A stretch of DNA of 63,249 nucleotides from a virus (lineage: Duplodnaviria; Caudoviricetes): the IMG/VR virus record IMGVR_UViG_3300032050_000128, positions 1-63,249 of that record; one strand, given 5' to 3'. Position numbers and translations under genes: made by a program. The notes under the pieces were generated by a model. The model ran no database searches. It saw only the letters and a list, made by a program, of their open reading frames with translations, and was not told the DNA's origin. This document shows, one piece after another, positions 26,506 through 34,137 of this stretch (position 1 is the first letter of the stretch; every line of letters begins with the position of its first letter).

Positions 26506-26571
26506 GCGACCTGAGGGCGCGGGGAACACTGCTCACTCGAGCGGTCGTCCGCGGTAAGTCCTCCAGGACGC
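26506..26571 (+). ncRNA. structured 5' leader RNA
   Basis: Nested stems GCG/CGC, CCTG/CAGG, AGGGC/GTCCT, GCGG/CCGC, GCTC/GAGC. Confidence 0.45.
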
Positions 26572-26597
26572 CCACAACTAAAGACGAAAGGACAAAG

Positions 26598-27029
26598 ATG
26601 GGATACACCCACTATTGGAACATCAAGCAACCGCTAGAACCTGAAAAGTTCAAAGCGTTTGCGGAAGATGTCAAGAAGATAAAGTCGGCAACCAGCGTCA
26701 AGTGCGGGATAGTCGCGAATCAGTACGAGGTCGTAGTAAACGGTCCGTGCGAGTCGCTAGTAATCCAGCTCAACGACTCTGGCTTCGACTTCTGCAAGAC
26801 AAACCGCTACGACTACGACGTAGTCGTCACTGCGACACTCCTGCTGGCAAAGCGGCACTTCGCGGATGCAATCTTGCTGAGCTCTGACGGCGGCGAGACT
26901 GGCTTCGCGATGGCAAAGCCGCTGTACGAAAAAATCACCGGTGAAGAGTTCACGGGACGAGCGACTGAGACTGGCGGCGTACTCTCTGAAGAAGAGTTGT
27001 ACCACATGGCCAACACAAGACGCGCTTAA
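26598..27029 (+). CDS. conserved phage protein (MGYTHYW / FCKT family)
   Basis: MGYTHYW, FDFCKT..YD.VV, SSDG. Confidence 0.8.
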   Translation: MGYTHYWNIKQPLEPEKFKAFAEDVKKIKSATSVKCGIVANQYEVVVNGPCESLVIQLNDSGFDFCKTNRYDYDVVVTATLLLAKRHFADAILLSSDGGETGFAMAKPLYEKITGEEFTGRATETGGVLSEEELYHMANTRRA

Positions 27030-27163
27030 TGGAACTGTACCTGTACCTGGACTTCATTGGCATCTACGTCGAGTCAATCGGCCTAGACGCACTTATACCG
27101 ACCTGGACGCTGTTAATTCCAGTGGTAATCGTTGCGGCACGAAAGTGGCTTGCTCGACGATAA
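27029..27163 (+). CDS. small membrane protein (44 aa)
   Basis: TAATG overlap; hydrophobic body with basic end. Confidence 0.55.
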   Translation: MELYLYLDFIGIYVESIGLDALIPTWTLLIPVVIVAARKWLARR

Positions 27164-27275
27164 ATCTAAACTTCTTGCGCTCGCCCAACCCATCTCGGGC
27201 TAGTAGCGCGGGGGAGCCCTGGGCATGGCTTAAAACTGTCCACACATTTACTGACCGACACAACGAAAGGTTTAC

Positions 27276-27917
27276 ATGCAACAGGTAGTACATGAAGTCC
27301 CGCACGGCAAGTGGGGACAACTCGCGAAGAGCGGGCAAGTCTTGCCACCGGAGGTCTACGAGGCGTTCGAGAAAGACTTTGGCCTGAAGACCGACAAGTC
27401 TACCGGTCGTATGCGGAGTGCCTACATCTGGAAGCTCAAGGACTTGGGCTGGACTGCGAGCGCAATCTCTCGTGCGATGGGTGTGACTCGTGAGAGAGTG
27501 CGGCAACTTGGCCAAACTAGGCCGGAAGACAACTGGCTCGACTACGTACTGACTCACTTCCCGCTGCCACCTGCACCGGTCTATGCGGAGTTCCACGGCA
27601 GAAAGAAGTACGTCAGAGACACGCCTCAACCCAGCGACCGCGTCAGAAAGCGACTGCTGGAGCTACAGCCCTACGCCGAGATGATACGTGGGCACGGCCC
27701 GAGGTACCGTGCGGAGGCAGAGGAGTACGTGCGCCTGCTGGACTACGCGGTGAAGGTAGAGAAGGTACAGATTGCCACATTGGCAAAGTTGCTGGGAGTC
27801 ACGCACGCGGCCGTAGCAAACCGTATGATACGCTACGGCTTTAAGAAGACAACTGGAAAGAGCAGAGCGCTCCAAACAGTTTTAAGAAAGAACAGAGCGA
27901 AAGGACGCAGTAGATGA
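27276..27917 (+). CDS. double-HTH DNA-binding protein
   Basis: GWTASAISRAMGVTRERVRQ and IATLAKLLGVTHAAV. Confidence 0.82.
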   Translation: MQQVVHEVPHGKWGQLAKSGQVLPPEVYEAFEKDFGLKTDKSTGRMRSAYIWKLKDLGWTASAISRAMGVTRERVRQLGQTRPEDNWLDYVLTHFPLPPAPVYAEFHGRKKYVRDTPQPSDRVRKRLLELQPYAEMIRGHGPRYRAEAEEYVRLLDYAVKVEKVQIATLAKLLGVTHAAVANRMIRYGFKKTTGKSRALQTVLRKNRAKGRSR

Positions 27918-28156
27918 TAGTTGCAACGATGCTAAAGAACAAAGCGCCGCAGTCGGCGTGGTTGGTAGAGGTAAAAGACACGGACACGGACACATACCGT
28001 CGTGCCGCTTGCTCGACTCTCGGCGCTGCAAAGCGTGCGGCTGTTGAGTTCGCGAGTTCGATGCTAGACGCACCTAGACACCGTCTACCCTGGGTCCAAG
28101 ACGAGATGCAGAAGGCAGAGGGAATTCAGTACTACCGTGCGGAAGTTAAGAATTAA
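27914..28156 (+). CDS. hypothetical protein
   Basis: ORF track; overlap with upstream stop. Confidence 0.7.
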   Translation: MIVATMLKNKAPQSAWLVEVKDTDTDTYRRAACSTLGAAKRAAVEFASSMLDAPRHRLPWVQDEMQKAEGIQYYRAEVKN

Positions 28157-28300
28157 ATTTGGCTCGAGAAAAAATCAAGAGACCAAAAAAGTACTGAAGA
28201 GACAGGTGCGGTGTTCACACTGCGTTGCGGTTGTGTCTGTACCGCTCTCAGACCTTAGGACTCCTTACTTCTGTCTAGGCTGTAGAAAGTTCGACGCATG

Positions 28301-28331
28301 AAAAAACCCCCGCCTCATCAGCGGGGGTTTA
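28301..28331. terminator. terminator between convergent units
   Basis: AAAAAACCCCCGC-CTCATCA-GCGGGGGTTT. Confidence 0.8.
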
Positions 28332-28342
28332 GTCTTAGTCGT

Positions 28343-28600
28343 TTAGACCGAGTAGACCAACTCGTACCCGCGGTCTTGAATCTTCTCGCGGACTTTGCCT
28401 TGAGCAAACCACTTAGCAGCGAGTTCAGTACCGAAGACCATGGTCTTTGACTGGCGAGAATCTTTTTCTGCCATGCCCCAAATCATGCGGACTTTGTTGC
28501 CTTCGAGAATTACCTCGTAGACTTTCTTCTTACCGTTTTCCCCGCGACTTCCATCGCTGGTATTCATTAAGCACCATTTAGCGCTCATTAGTATCTCCAT
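28343..28600 (-). CDS. WGR-domain-like protein
   Basis: KVYEV...VRMIWG...A.......EKI..RGY. Confidence 0.7.
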   Translation of the reverse strand: MEILMSAKWCLMNTSDGSRGENGKKKVYEVILEGNKVRMIWGMAEKDSRQSKTMVFGTELAAKWFAQGKVREKIQDRGYELVYSV

Positions 28601-28637
28601 CTCTTTGTCGTTGGTTTCCGTATTAAGTTGTAGTCTT

Positions 28638-28668
28638 ATTATACCTTAGGGCACTGACATTTAGTCAA
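28638..28668 (-). promoter_or_regulatory. early promoter cassette (minus strand)
   Basis: TTGACT-AAATGTCAGTGCCCTAAGG-TATAAT. Confidence 0.85.
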
Positions 28669-28687
28669 TGCCCTTCTGGCATTTAGT

Positions 28688-28975
28688 TTAGTCGCACTCC
28701 TTGTAAGAATGCACTAGGTTGCAGTTTACACAAGCAGGCACTGAGACCTTCTTGCTCTTGCGGACATTGCGGTGTGGCTTTGCAATTCCAACCACTCTTG
28801 CTTGAGTAGTCACTGAGTAGACAGTGCGGTTTAACATCTTTGCTATTGCAAAGTAGTTTGTACCTGCTGCTCTTGCTTTGGCAAGAACATCAGTTTCAGT
28901 GCTTGTCCACTCTTCGCCCGCCTTGAATGCGGTCTCAAGTGAGAAGGACTGAAGTTCTTTCAGATTAGTATTCAC
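28688..28975 (-). CDS. Myb/SANT-like HTH protein with C-terminal Cys/His motif
   Basis: WTSTETDVL...IAKMLNRTVYSV; CVNCNLVH...C. Confidence 0.7.
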   Translation of the reverse strand: MNTNLKELQSFSLETAFKAGEEWTSTETDVLAKARAAGTNYFAIAKMLNRTVYSVTTQARVVGIAKPHRNVRKSKKVSVPACVNCNLVHSYKECD

Positions 28976-29033
28976 CTAATCCATCTCCATCTCGTTAAGA
29001 GAACCAAACCCGTCTGTTTGATTCAATAACTGT

Positions 29034-29063
29034 ATTATACCATTTAGCACTGACATTTGTACA
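29034..29063 (-). promoter_or_regulatory. early promoter cassette (minus strand)
   Basis: TGTACA-AATGTCAGTGCTAAATGG-TATAAT-ACA, then GAATCAAAC/GTTTGGTTC hairpin. Confidence 0.88.
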
Positions 29064-29132
29064 CCCTAAGGGAGCAGATTCTCAGAAAAGTTTTTGCGGT
29101 ACCCCTAGGCAAATCCCCGACTTAGAAAAGCT

Positions 29133-29166
29133 TGCTACCCATCGGTAACGTTACCGGCGAGTAGCA
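29133..29166. promoter_or_regulatory. 34-bp dyad between divergent promoters
   Basis: TGCTAC-N4-CGGTAACGTTACCG-N4-GTAGCA. Confidence 0.6.
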
Positions 29167-29182
29167 TGGACTTTCCTGGGGG

Positions 29183-29212
29183 CTTACACTTTAGCCTCCC
29201 TTGTGGTATAAT
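29183..29212 (+). promoter_or_regulatory. early promoter cassette
   Basis: CTTACA...TGTGG-TATAAT, then CGCGAA/TTCGCG hairpin. Confidence 0.8.
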
Positions 29213-29256
29213 AGGTCTAACGCGAAACCTATTCGCGAAACGACGGAAGGACTCGT

Positions 29257-29493
29257 ATGGCAGTACGTAAAGACTACGTGCAAGACGAGTGGGGACCACT
29301 GGTTGGTCGGACCATAAAGTCTGTGCGGGAGATGACCGAAGAAGAAGTAGAGAACATGGGTTGGTACCAAGGCGGCGGAAGTGTGCCGGTGGTGTTCACC
29401 CTAGATGATGGCACGGTGATGGTACCGAGTCAAGACCCAGAGGGCAATGGCCCAGGACACATCTACCGAATGGAGATGGAAGACCTATGGTAA
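29257..29493 (+). CDS. conserved phage small protein (DxEGNGPG family)
   Basis: LVGRTIKSVREM...SQDPEGNGPG. Confidence 0.8.
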   Translation: MAVRKDYVQDEWGPLVGRTIKSVREMTEEEVENMGWYQGGGSVPVVFTLDDGTVMVPSQDPEGNGPGHIYRMEMEDLW

Positions 29494-29708
29494 ACGACAA
29501 AGTAATCAGGTTTAGACTGGACAGCGACGGGACTCAGGACGTACTCATCCGCGTAGACGACTCTGAAGTCGTGCGGGGAGATGGGTCTAAGAACCCAGAA
29601 ACCTGTGAGCACGACAAGTTCGAGTGGCAGCACGAGTTCGACGAGACTTCCGTGCTCGGAGACTGGTACTGGTGTACCGGCTGCGGAGACCTGACTCAAG
29701 TAGGCTAA
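29487..29708 (+). CDS. zinc-binding hypothetical protein
   Basis: CEH...CTGCG. Confidence 0.7.
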   Translation: MVNDKVIRFRLDSDGTQDVLIRVDDSEVVRGDGSKNPETCEHDKFEWQHEFDETSVLGDWYWCTGCGDLTQVG

Positions 29709-29727
29709 TTGCGGTAGAGTAGCGGCC

Positions 29728-29976
29728 ATGACAACCAAGATAGAAGTCGTGGCCTCTGCTGTACATAAGAACGGTAAAGGCGGAAAGCCGTACACCGTGG
29801 CAATCTTCGACGACCCCGCCGAGAGCGACACCAAGCTCGCGGTGCTCTTCGACGAACCGGGATACTGCGCGGTGTTCTCGTTGGAGGACCTGTCCAACAA
29901 CGAAGACCTGTCAGGAGACTGGACTGCGTCAAGGTACGAAGAGCAGCTGCGTCTAATCCTGTTCCCCGAGGAATAG
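29728..29976 (+). CDS. hypothetical protein
   Basis: HKNGKGG..Y.V..F pattern; ORF track. Confidence 0.7.
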   Translation: MTTKIEVVASAVHKNGKGGKPYTVAIFDDPAESDTKLAVLFDEPGYCAVFSLEDLSNNEDLSGDWTASRYEEQLRLILFPEE

Positions 29977-29979
29977 CTC

Positions 29980-30052
29980 GCCGTCTTAGCTCAGTCGGCA
30001 GAGCGACGCTCTCGTAAAGCGTAGGCCTCGGGTTCAATTCCCGAAGACGGCT
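29980..30052 (+). tRNA. tRNA-Thr(CGT)
   Basis: GCCGTCT/AGACGGC acceptor; ACGCT-CTCGTAA-AGCGT; GGTTCAATTCC. Confidence 0.94.
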
Positions 30053-30059
30053 CAAATAC

Positions 30060-30088
30060 TTTACTTTGTCGCTCCACTATAGTATAAT
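30060..30088 (+). promoter_or_regulatory. early promoter cassette
   Basis: TTTACT-TTGTCGCTCCACTATAG-TATAAT, then CCAACCGGTTGG. Confidence 0.88.
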
Positions 30089-30143
30089 ACATCTATTCAA
30101 CCAACCGGTTGGATAAAGACGAAAGACGAAGGGAAGTGGTCGA

Positions 30144-30473
30144 ATGGCCAGCACCAAGATAGAGACCAAAGTAGTGGTCTCCACAACTACCGACTCGGTC
30201 GAGCTCGGTAAAGAAGTAGAGAAGCTAATCGTTAGCTTCAACAGCACCAAAGCCGCCCTGAAGGCTCTAGAAGCTCAAAAGCTAGAGGTCGAGGGTCAAA
30301 TCAGAGAGCTCCTAGGAGACGCGGAGACTGGAACCATCAACGGCGTAGAACGAGTACGCATTCTCAAGCGCAATCGCAGCGGCATTGACCGCGAGACCCT
30401 GCAAGTATCTTTCCCAGAGGCATACACTGCCTGCCTAACCGAGACAGCCTACACGGTCCTCCAGGCCAAGTAA
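30144..30473 (+). CDS. coiled-coil protein, paralogue of 19794
   Basis: See 19794; resembles the C-terminal extension of YqaJ-type nucleases. Confidence 0.75.
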   Translation: MASTKIETKVVVSTTTDSVELGKEVEKLIVSFNSTKAALKALEAQKLEVEGQIRELLGDAETGTINGVERVRILKRNRSGIDRETLQVSFPEAYTACLTETAYTVLQAK

Positions 30474-30486
30474 GCAGTTCTCCCCG

Positions 30487-30526
30487 AGGAACCCCCGGTT
30501 TCATCTCCCGGGGGTTTCTTCCTTTT
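30487..30526 (+). terminator. intrinsic terminator
   Basis: AACCCCCGG...CCGGGGGTT followed by TCTTCCTTTT. Confidence 0.8.
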
Positions 30527-30530
30527 AGGG

Positions 30531-30559
30531 TGTACTTTGTCGGTCCATTACGGTATAAT
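30531..30559 (+). promoter_or_regulatory. early promoter cassette
   Basis: TGTACT-TTGTCGGTCCATTACGG-TATAAT, then TCGAACC/GGTTCGA hairpin. Confidence 0.88.
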
Positions 30560-30599
30560 ACATCTATCGAACCAAAGCGGTTCGAGAGATGAGGACAAG

Positions 30600-30893
30600 A
30601 TGAAGTACGGACTACTGCCAGACTCAGCGGTTCTTACTACCGGTAAGAAACTGGTGCGGACGAAGAACAAGCCACTCCAAACGCCTGCTGAGCAAGCCTA
30701 CGAGGCAACAGTACTGGTCGGAATGTTCTGGTCGATGCTGACCTGGGTACGATTCGCAAAATTATTTGCGGTCGTAGTTCTAGTCGTTGGCTTCGTGCTA
30801 GACGGGTTCACCGGTCTTGTGGTAGCGTACGTTCTTGCAAGTCCAATCGGTGGTCTTGTGTACTTGTCTCGCAAGTCAAAAGAGAGATGGTAA
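30600..30893 (+). CDS. membrane protein
   Basis: GAGGAC RBS; start moved to MKYGLL. Confidence 0.7.
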   Translation: MKYGLLPDSAVLTTGKKLVRTKNKPLQTPAEQAYEATVLVGMFWSMLTWVRFAKLFAVVVLVVGFVLDGFTGLVVAYVLASPIGGLVYLSRKSKERW

Positions 30894-30899
30894 TAAAAG

Positions 30900-31064
30900 A
30901 TGACGCTGTTGACAACTGACATTCTAGCAATCATCATTGCGCTCCTTGGAGCCTGCACTGTCATGATAATCAGCATCCGTGCCTACGGACGTCTGATGAA
31001 CGAGCACATCCAACTGGAGCGTGCACACGCCGAGTTGCTACACAAGAGCAAGGTCTCTTCGTGA
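30900..31064 (+). CDS. small membrane-anchored protein (54 aa)
   Basis: MTLLTTDILAIIIALLGA... Confidence 0.6.
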   Translation: MTLLTTDILAIIIALLGACTVMIISIRAYGRLMNEHIQLERAHAELLHKSKVSS

Positions 31065-31252
31065 AGCAGTGCAAGACTTTCAACTGCGAGAGCACTGACC
31101 TCGTCTACTCAGGAGTAGCCGCCTTCACGCTCGGAGGTATCCCCACCGAGACGTACTGCTACCGGTGCGGAAACGCATACGCGATGATTAAAAAAGACAT
31201 AGAAGAGATGGCCGAAGCGTACAGAGCGGCAGAAGCAGCCAAAGCTCAGTAG
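31061..31252 (+). CDS. zinc-binding hypothetical protein
   Basis: CKTFNC...CYRC. Confidence 0.7.
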   Translation: MKQCKTFNCESTDLVYSGVAAFTLGGIPTETYCYRCGNAYAMIKKDIEEMAEAYRAAEAAKAQ

Positions 31253-31253
31253 C

Positions 31254-31544
31254 ATGGCAAAGATAGAAGACCCGTACAACACTCCAATCGACTACATCGT
31301 GCGGAGTGCCGGTACTCTCTGTGGCTGGTGCATGATGGGTGAGCACGACAAGTGCAAGCCTTCCATCCGCTACTACCACCGTCTCTACGTCTGCAGCTGC
31401 AAGCTCGGCTGCGCGGACGAGAGCTTCGTGCAGCTGCACAAGAAGCACCCGACCAAAGACGAGTACGAGAACGGAACCAAAAAGAAATCCGGGCAGACAT
31501 CTCAGGAGCCCGCAGGGGCAAGCAGCTTGACTGCCGAAGGCTAG
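31254..31544 (+). CDS. Cys/His-rich hypothetical protein
   Basis: CGWCMMGEHDKC...CSC. Confidence 0.7.
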   Translation: MAKIEDPYNTPIDYIVRSAGTLCGWCMMGEHDKCKPSIRYYHRLYVCSCKLGCADESFVQLHKKHPTKDEYENGTKKKSGQTSQEPAGASSLTAEG

Positions 31545-31711
31545 TATTCCCGGGTAAGCCTTAGAAACCTGTGCAAACGAGACAAGGTGTGCGTGACGTG
31601 TTGTCGAACTAGTCTCGTCCCTGCAGTGAGCGATGGGGCAGCTTCGGGCTGCCTATACGAAGCATCGGACTAGCGCACACCAACCTTTTTAGAAACACCT
31701 GCCGGCTAGGG

Positions 31712-31740
31712 TGTACTTTGTCACCTTCCTGCGCTATAAT
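31712..31740 (+). promoter_or_regulatory. early promoter cassette
   Basis: TGTACT-TTGTCACCTTCCTGCGC-TATAAT-ACA. Confidence 0.88.
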
Positions 31741-31747
31741 ACATCTA

Positions 31748-31832
31748 TACAGTTCACCAGGAGTTCGGTGGCCAAACTGAGGGGTCGAAATCCTAGGAGC
31801 CCCGGCAAACAACTCCGACCTGGTGGACTGTA
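31748..31832 (+). ncRNA. structured 5' leader RNA
   Basis: 14-bp closing stem TACAGTTCACCAGG/CCTGGTGGACTGTA; inner GGGG/CCCC and TCCTAGGA. Confidence 0.5.
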
Positions 31833-31853
31833 CCTAACAAGGAGGAACGACAC

Positions 31854-32165
31854 ATGATGCTGCTCACCAAGGAGCTGCGGACCAAGCTGCCCAAGCTGTA
31901 CTCACAAGAGGACAAGGGCCTAGACGCCAAGGCGCTGGTCAAGTTTTTCACGCCGTACTCAAGCTGGACTTGGTACGCGTCCGAGTTCGACGGAGAAGAC
32001 CTGTTCTTCGGACTGGTCGATGGACTGGAGCGAGAGCTGGGCTACTTCTCCCTCAAGGAGCTGGAGAGCCTGACCGCCAGCTTCGGCGCGGTCGAGGTGC
32101 CAGGAGTCGAGCGAGACCGCAATTGGGAACCAAAGACCCTGCGAGAACTGCTGGACAAAGCCTAG
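31854..32165 (+). CDS. DUF2958-family protein
   Basis: VKFFTP...WTWYASE.D..DLFFGLV...ELGYFSLKEL...VERD. Confidence 0.88.
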   Translation: MMLLTKELRTKLPKLYSQEDKGLDAKALVKFFTPYSSWTWYASEFDGEDLFFGLVDGLERELGYFSLKELESLTASFGAVEVPGVERDRNWEPKTLRELLDKA

Positions 32166-32175
32166 ACCAGCCTGC

Positions 32176-32204
32176 TGTACTTGGGCAGGGAGATACGGTA
32201 TAAT
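32176..32204 (+). promoter_or_regulatory. early promoter cassette
   Basis: TGTACT-17-TATAAT, then GCCGGAC-A-GTCCGGC hairpin. Confidence 0.85.
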
Positions 32205-32252
32205 AATCCTAGTGCCGGACAGTCCGGCCAAATGACAAAAGACGGAGCAACC

Positions 32253-32504
32253 ATGACAAAAGTGTATCAGTCCCCGATACGCGAGGCAGAGACCAAGCCT
32301 GAGACCACCTGGCGCGTGACCACACGCGGTTGGGTAGTGCTGGGCATGGCGATGCTGCTTGTAGCCATCGGGATTAACCACGTAATTGCAGACAGACACG
32401 TAATCTGTGACTGGAGACAAGGCGTGACCCCATGCCAAATCATGACAACAGACGAGCTACTGGAATCAGTGTTCCCTGAATCTGTCGGAACGGAGAAGCC
32501 ATAA
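32253..32504 (+). CDS. single-pass membrane protein
   Basis: WRVTTRGWVV followed by a TM helix; GGAG RBS. Confidence 0.7.
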   Translation: MTKVYQSPIREAETKPETTWRVTTRGWVVLGMAMLLVAIGINHVIADRHVICDWRQGVTPCQIMTTDELLESVFPESVGTEKP

Positions 32505-32521
32505 AAGAAGACATAAGAGTA

Positions 32522-32917
32522 ATGAACACGCCCGACCTTCAGCGTCTGTGCAAGCAGGCAGAGGAGCTGGGCTTCAACAGATACCCTTCTGCGGTAGACC
32601 TAGGCGCAATGCGCCTGGACCCAGACGGTTTTCACATAGCCAAACTCGTGCTGTTCAATCACGAGGGGCTTACTAATAGGGACATAGTCCATCACCGCAT
32701 CAACGTACTCGCAAAAAAGTGGGAGAACCTAGAGCCACACCAAGACCCGACGCCGGTAGAGTTCACGCTCGACATGCGCGCCGAGGAGTGGGAGAGTCTG
32801 CAGGACGTAGAGTCCTTCAACCGGGCCCTCATCCTGATTGCGGACAGAGTGCCAAAAGAGACGCGCGACCGTGGGCCCATGGGCAGACGGGCACGAAAAC
32901 TCTTCTTGAACGCATAG
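32522..32917 (+). CDS. hypothetical protein
   Basis: ORF track. Confidence 0.7.
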   Translation: MNTPDLQRLCKQAEELGFNRYPSAVDLGAMRLDPDGFHIAKLVLFNHEGLTNRDIVHHRINVLAKKWENLEPHQDPTPVEFTLDMRAEEWESLQDVESFNRALILIADRVPKETRDRGPMGRRARKLFLNA

Positions 32918-33064
32918 ATTTACCGGTCAGTGAGCCGGTAAGTTGCGGGTCGACTTGGTTGCTTCGTCTCCCCGCAGCAGCTTTCCTGCGTCTCAGCCTG
33001 TACCTCGACATGGCAGGCTGGGCCAGGAAGTCGCGAAATCAGTAAGAAACACCGGGAGTCAGGT

Positions 33065-33093
33065 TTTACTTTCTGACGAAAACGGTGCATCCT
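33065..33093 (+). promoter_or_regulatory. variant early promoter
   Basis: TTTACT-17-CATCCT-ATACA, then TGCCC/GGGCA hairpin. Confidence 0.55.
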
Positions 33094-33153
33094 ATACACC
33101 ACCTTGCCCCGCAGCGGGCACAAAGACAGACTACACAGAACAGGAAAAGACAC

Positions 33154-33345
33154 ATGGCAACAGCAGTAGACTTATCAACACAAGCAGGACAGCTTTACAC
33201 ATCCGGTCTCGCGGTCGAGGCAATCGCGAAGGAACTCAGCGTCACCTATCGCACAGCTCGCAAGGCAGTGCAGCTCTCCGGCGTAGAGCTACGCGACCCA
33301 TCCGAGCGTCTCAAGGGTCGCACAAGAAAGTCTCCGCTAGCGTGA
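33154..33345 (+). CDS. single-HTH DNA-binding protein, paralogue of 16175
   Basis: LYTSGLAVEAIAKELSVTYRTARKAVQLSGVELR. Confidence 0.8.
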   Translation: MATAVDLSTQAGQLYTSGLAVEAIAKELSVTYRTARKAVQLSGVELRDPSERLKGRTRKSPLA

Positions 33346-33506
33346 ACGGACTCAAGTTCAAGGACGTAGTCTGGTCCGCAGTCCTGGCCGTGGTGCTCAG
33401 CGCAGCCGCGCTCGTGGCAGCAGCTGTGGGAACCGACCGTGCGGTGTTGGCCCTGGGCCTCAGCGCCATCGCAGCCGCAGTGCTGTCAATCCGAGAGCGA
33501 GTCTAG
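33342..33506 (+). CDS. two-helix membrane protein
   Basis: GTGA overlap; hydrophobic. Confidence 0.6.
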   Translation: MNGLKFKDVVWSAVLAVVLSAAALVAAAVGTDRAVLALGLSAIAAAVLSIRERV

Positions 33507-33617
33507 GGTGTACTTCAGAGTCATGCTCGCGTTGAACACGTGGACGCTCAGGCGCCTCCAGCGTGCAATGAAGAAGAGATACCCAACCAGGCAGCTGGAG
33601 CTGCCGAAGCGCTAGAC

Positions 33618-33646
33618 TTTACTTTCCAGCGCAGGTATGGTATAAT
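33618..33646 (+). promoter_or_regulatory. early promoter cassette
   Basis: TTTACT-17-TATAAT, then GGAGTAGA-CCA-TCTACTCC hairpin. Confidence 0.88.
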
Positions 33647-33687
33647 AGTACAGGGAGTAGACCATCTACTCCAGTACGGAGGACAGA

Positions 33688-34137
33688 ATGACGACAGTAG
33701 CAGAGCAGCTCACCCTGTTCGGCCCTGGACCCAAGCCGGCGGACAAACCGGTCTCAAAGGGCGCCTGGCTGGACACAAGAGAGGCACTTTCTCGCATTCC
33801 AGTTTCTAAGTATGCGGTGCCGAGTGAGACGGTCGCACACGTGTTGAACAGTCCAGAGTCTAACGACCTGGTCTTCTTCGAGGTGCGAGTCTACATGGGA
33901 ACCACGTACATGCGGCAGCTACACGGTGCACCAGGACACTTCAACAGGTCCAAGATGACGCCGGCGCAGCAGCAGGCACTCGTGAACGTAGTCGTCCACG
34001 ACCCGTACAAGTACGCCAGGCTGTTCGGCGAGCACCACCGGTGCTGCGCCAGATGCGGTGCACAACTCACAGACCAAAAGAGTCGAGAGCGACTGCTTGG
34101 TCCCGAGTGTGTCAAGTACTTCCCCTCAGTCGCCTAA
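33688..34137 (+). CDS. DUF6011-type zinc-finger protein
   Basis: CARCGAQLTDQKSRERLLGPEC. Confidence 0.8.
   Translation: MTTVAEQLTLFGPGPKPADKPVSKGAWLDTREALSRIPVSKYAVPSETVAHVLNSPESNDLVFFEVRVYMGTTYMRQLHGAPGHFNRSKMTPAQQQALVNVVVHDPYKYARLFGEHHRCCARCGAQLTDQKSRERLLGPECVKYFPSVA

Noticed and set aside
15571-33646. CRISPR array or integron attC array interpretation of the repeats
   Set aside because: Repeats are degenerate promoters hundreds to thousands of bp apart, separated by genes; no cas or integrase gene in the window.
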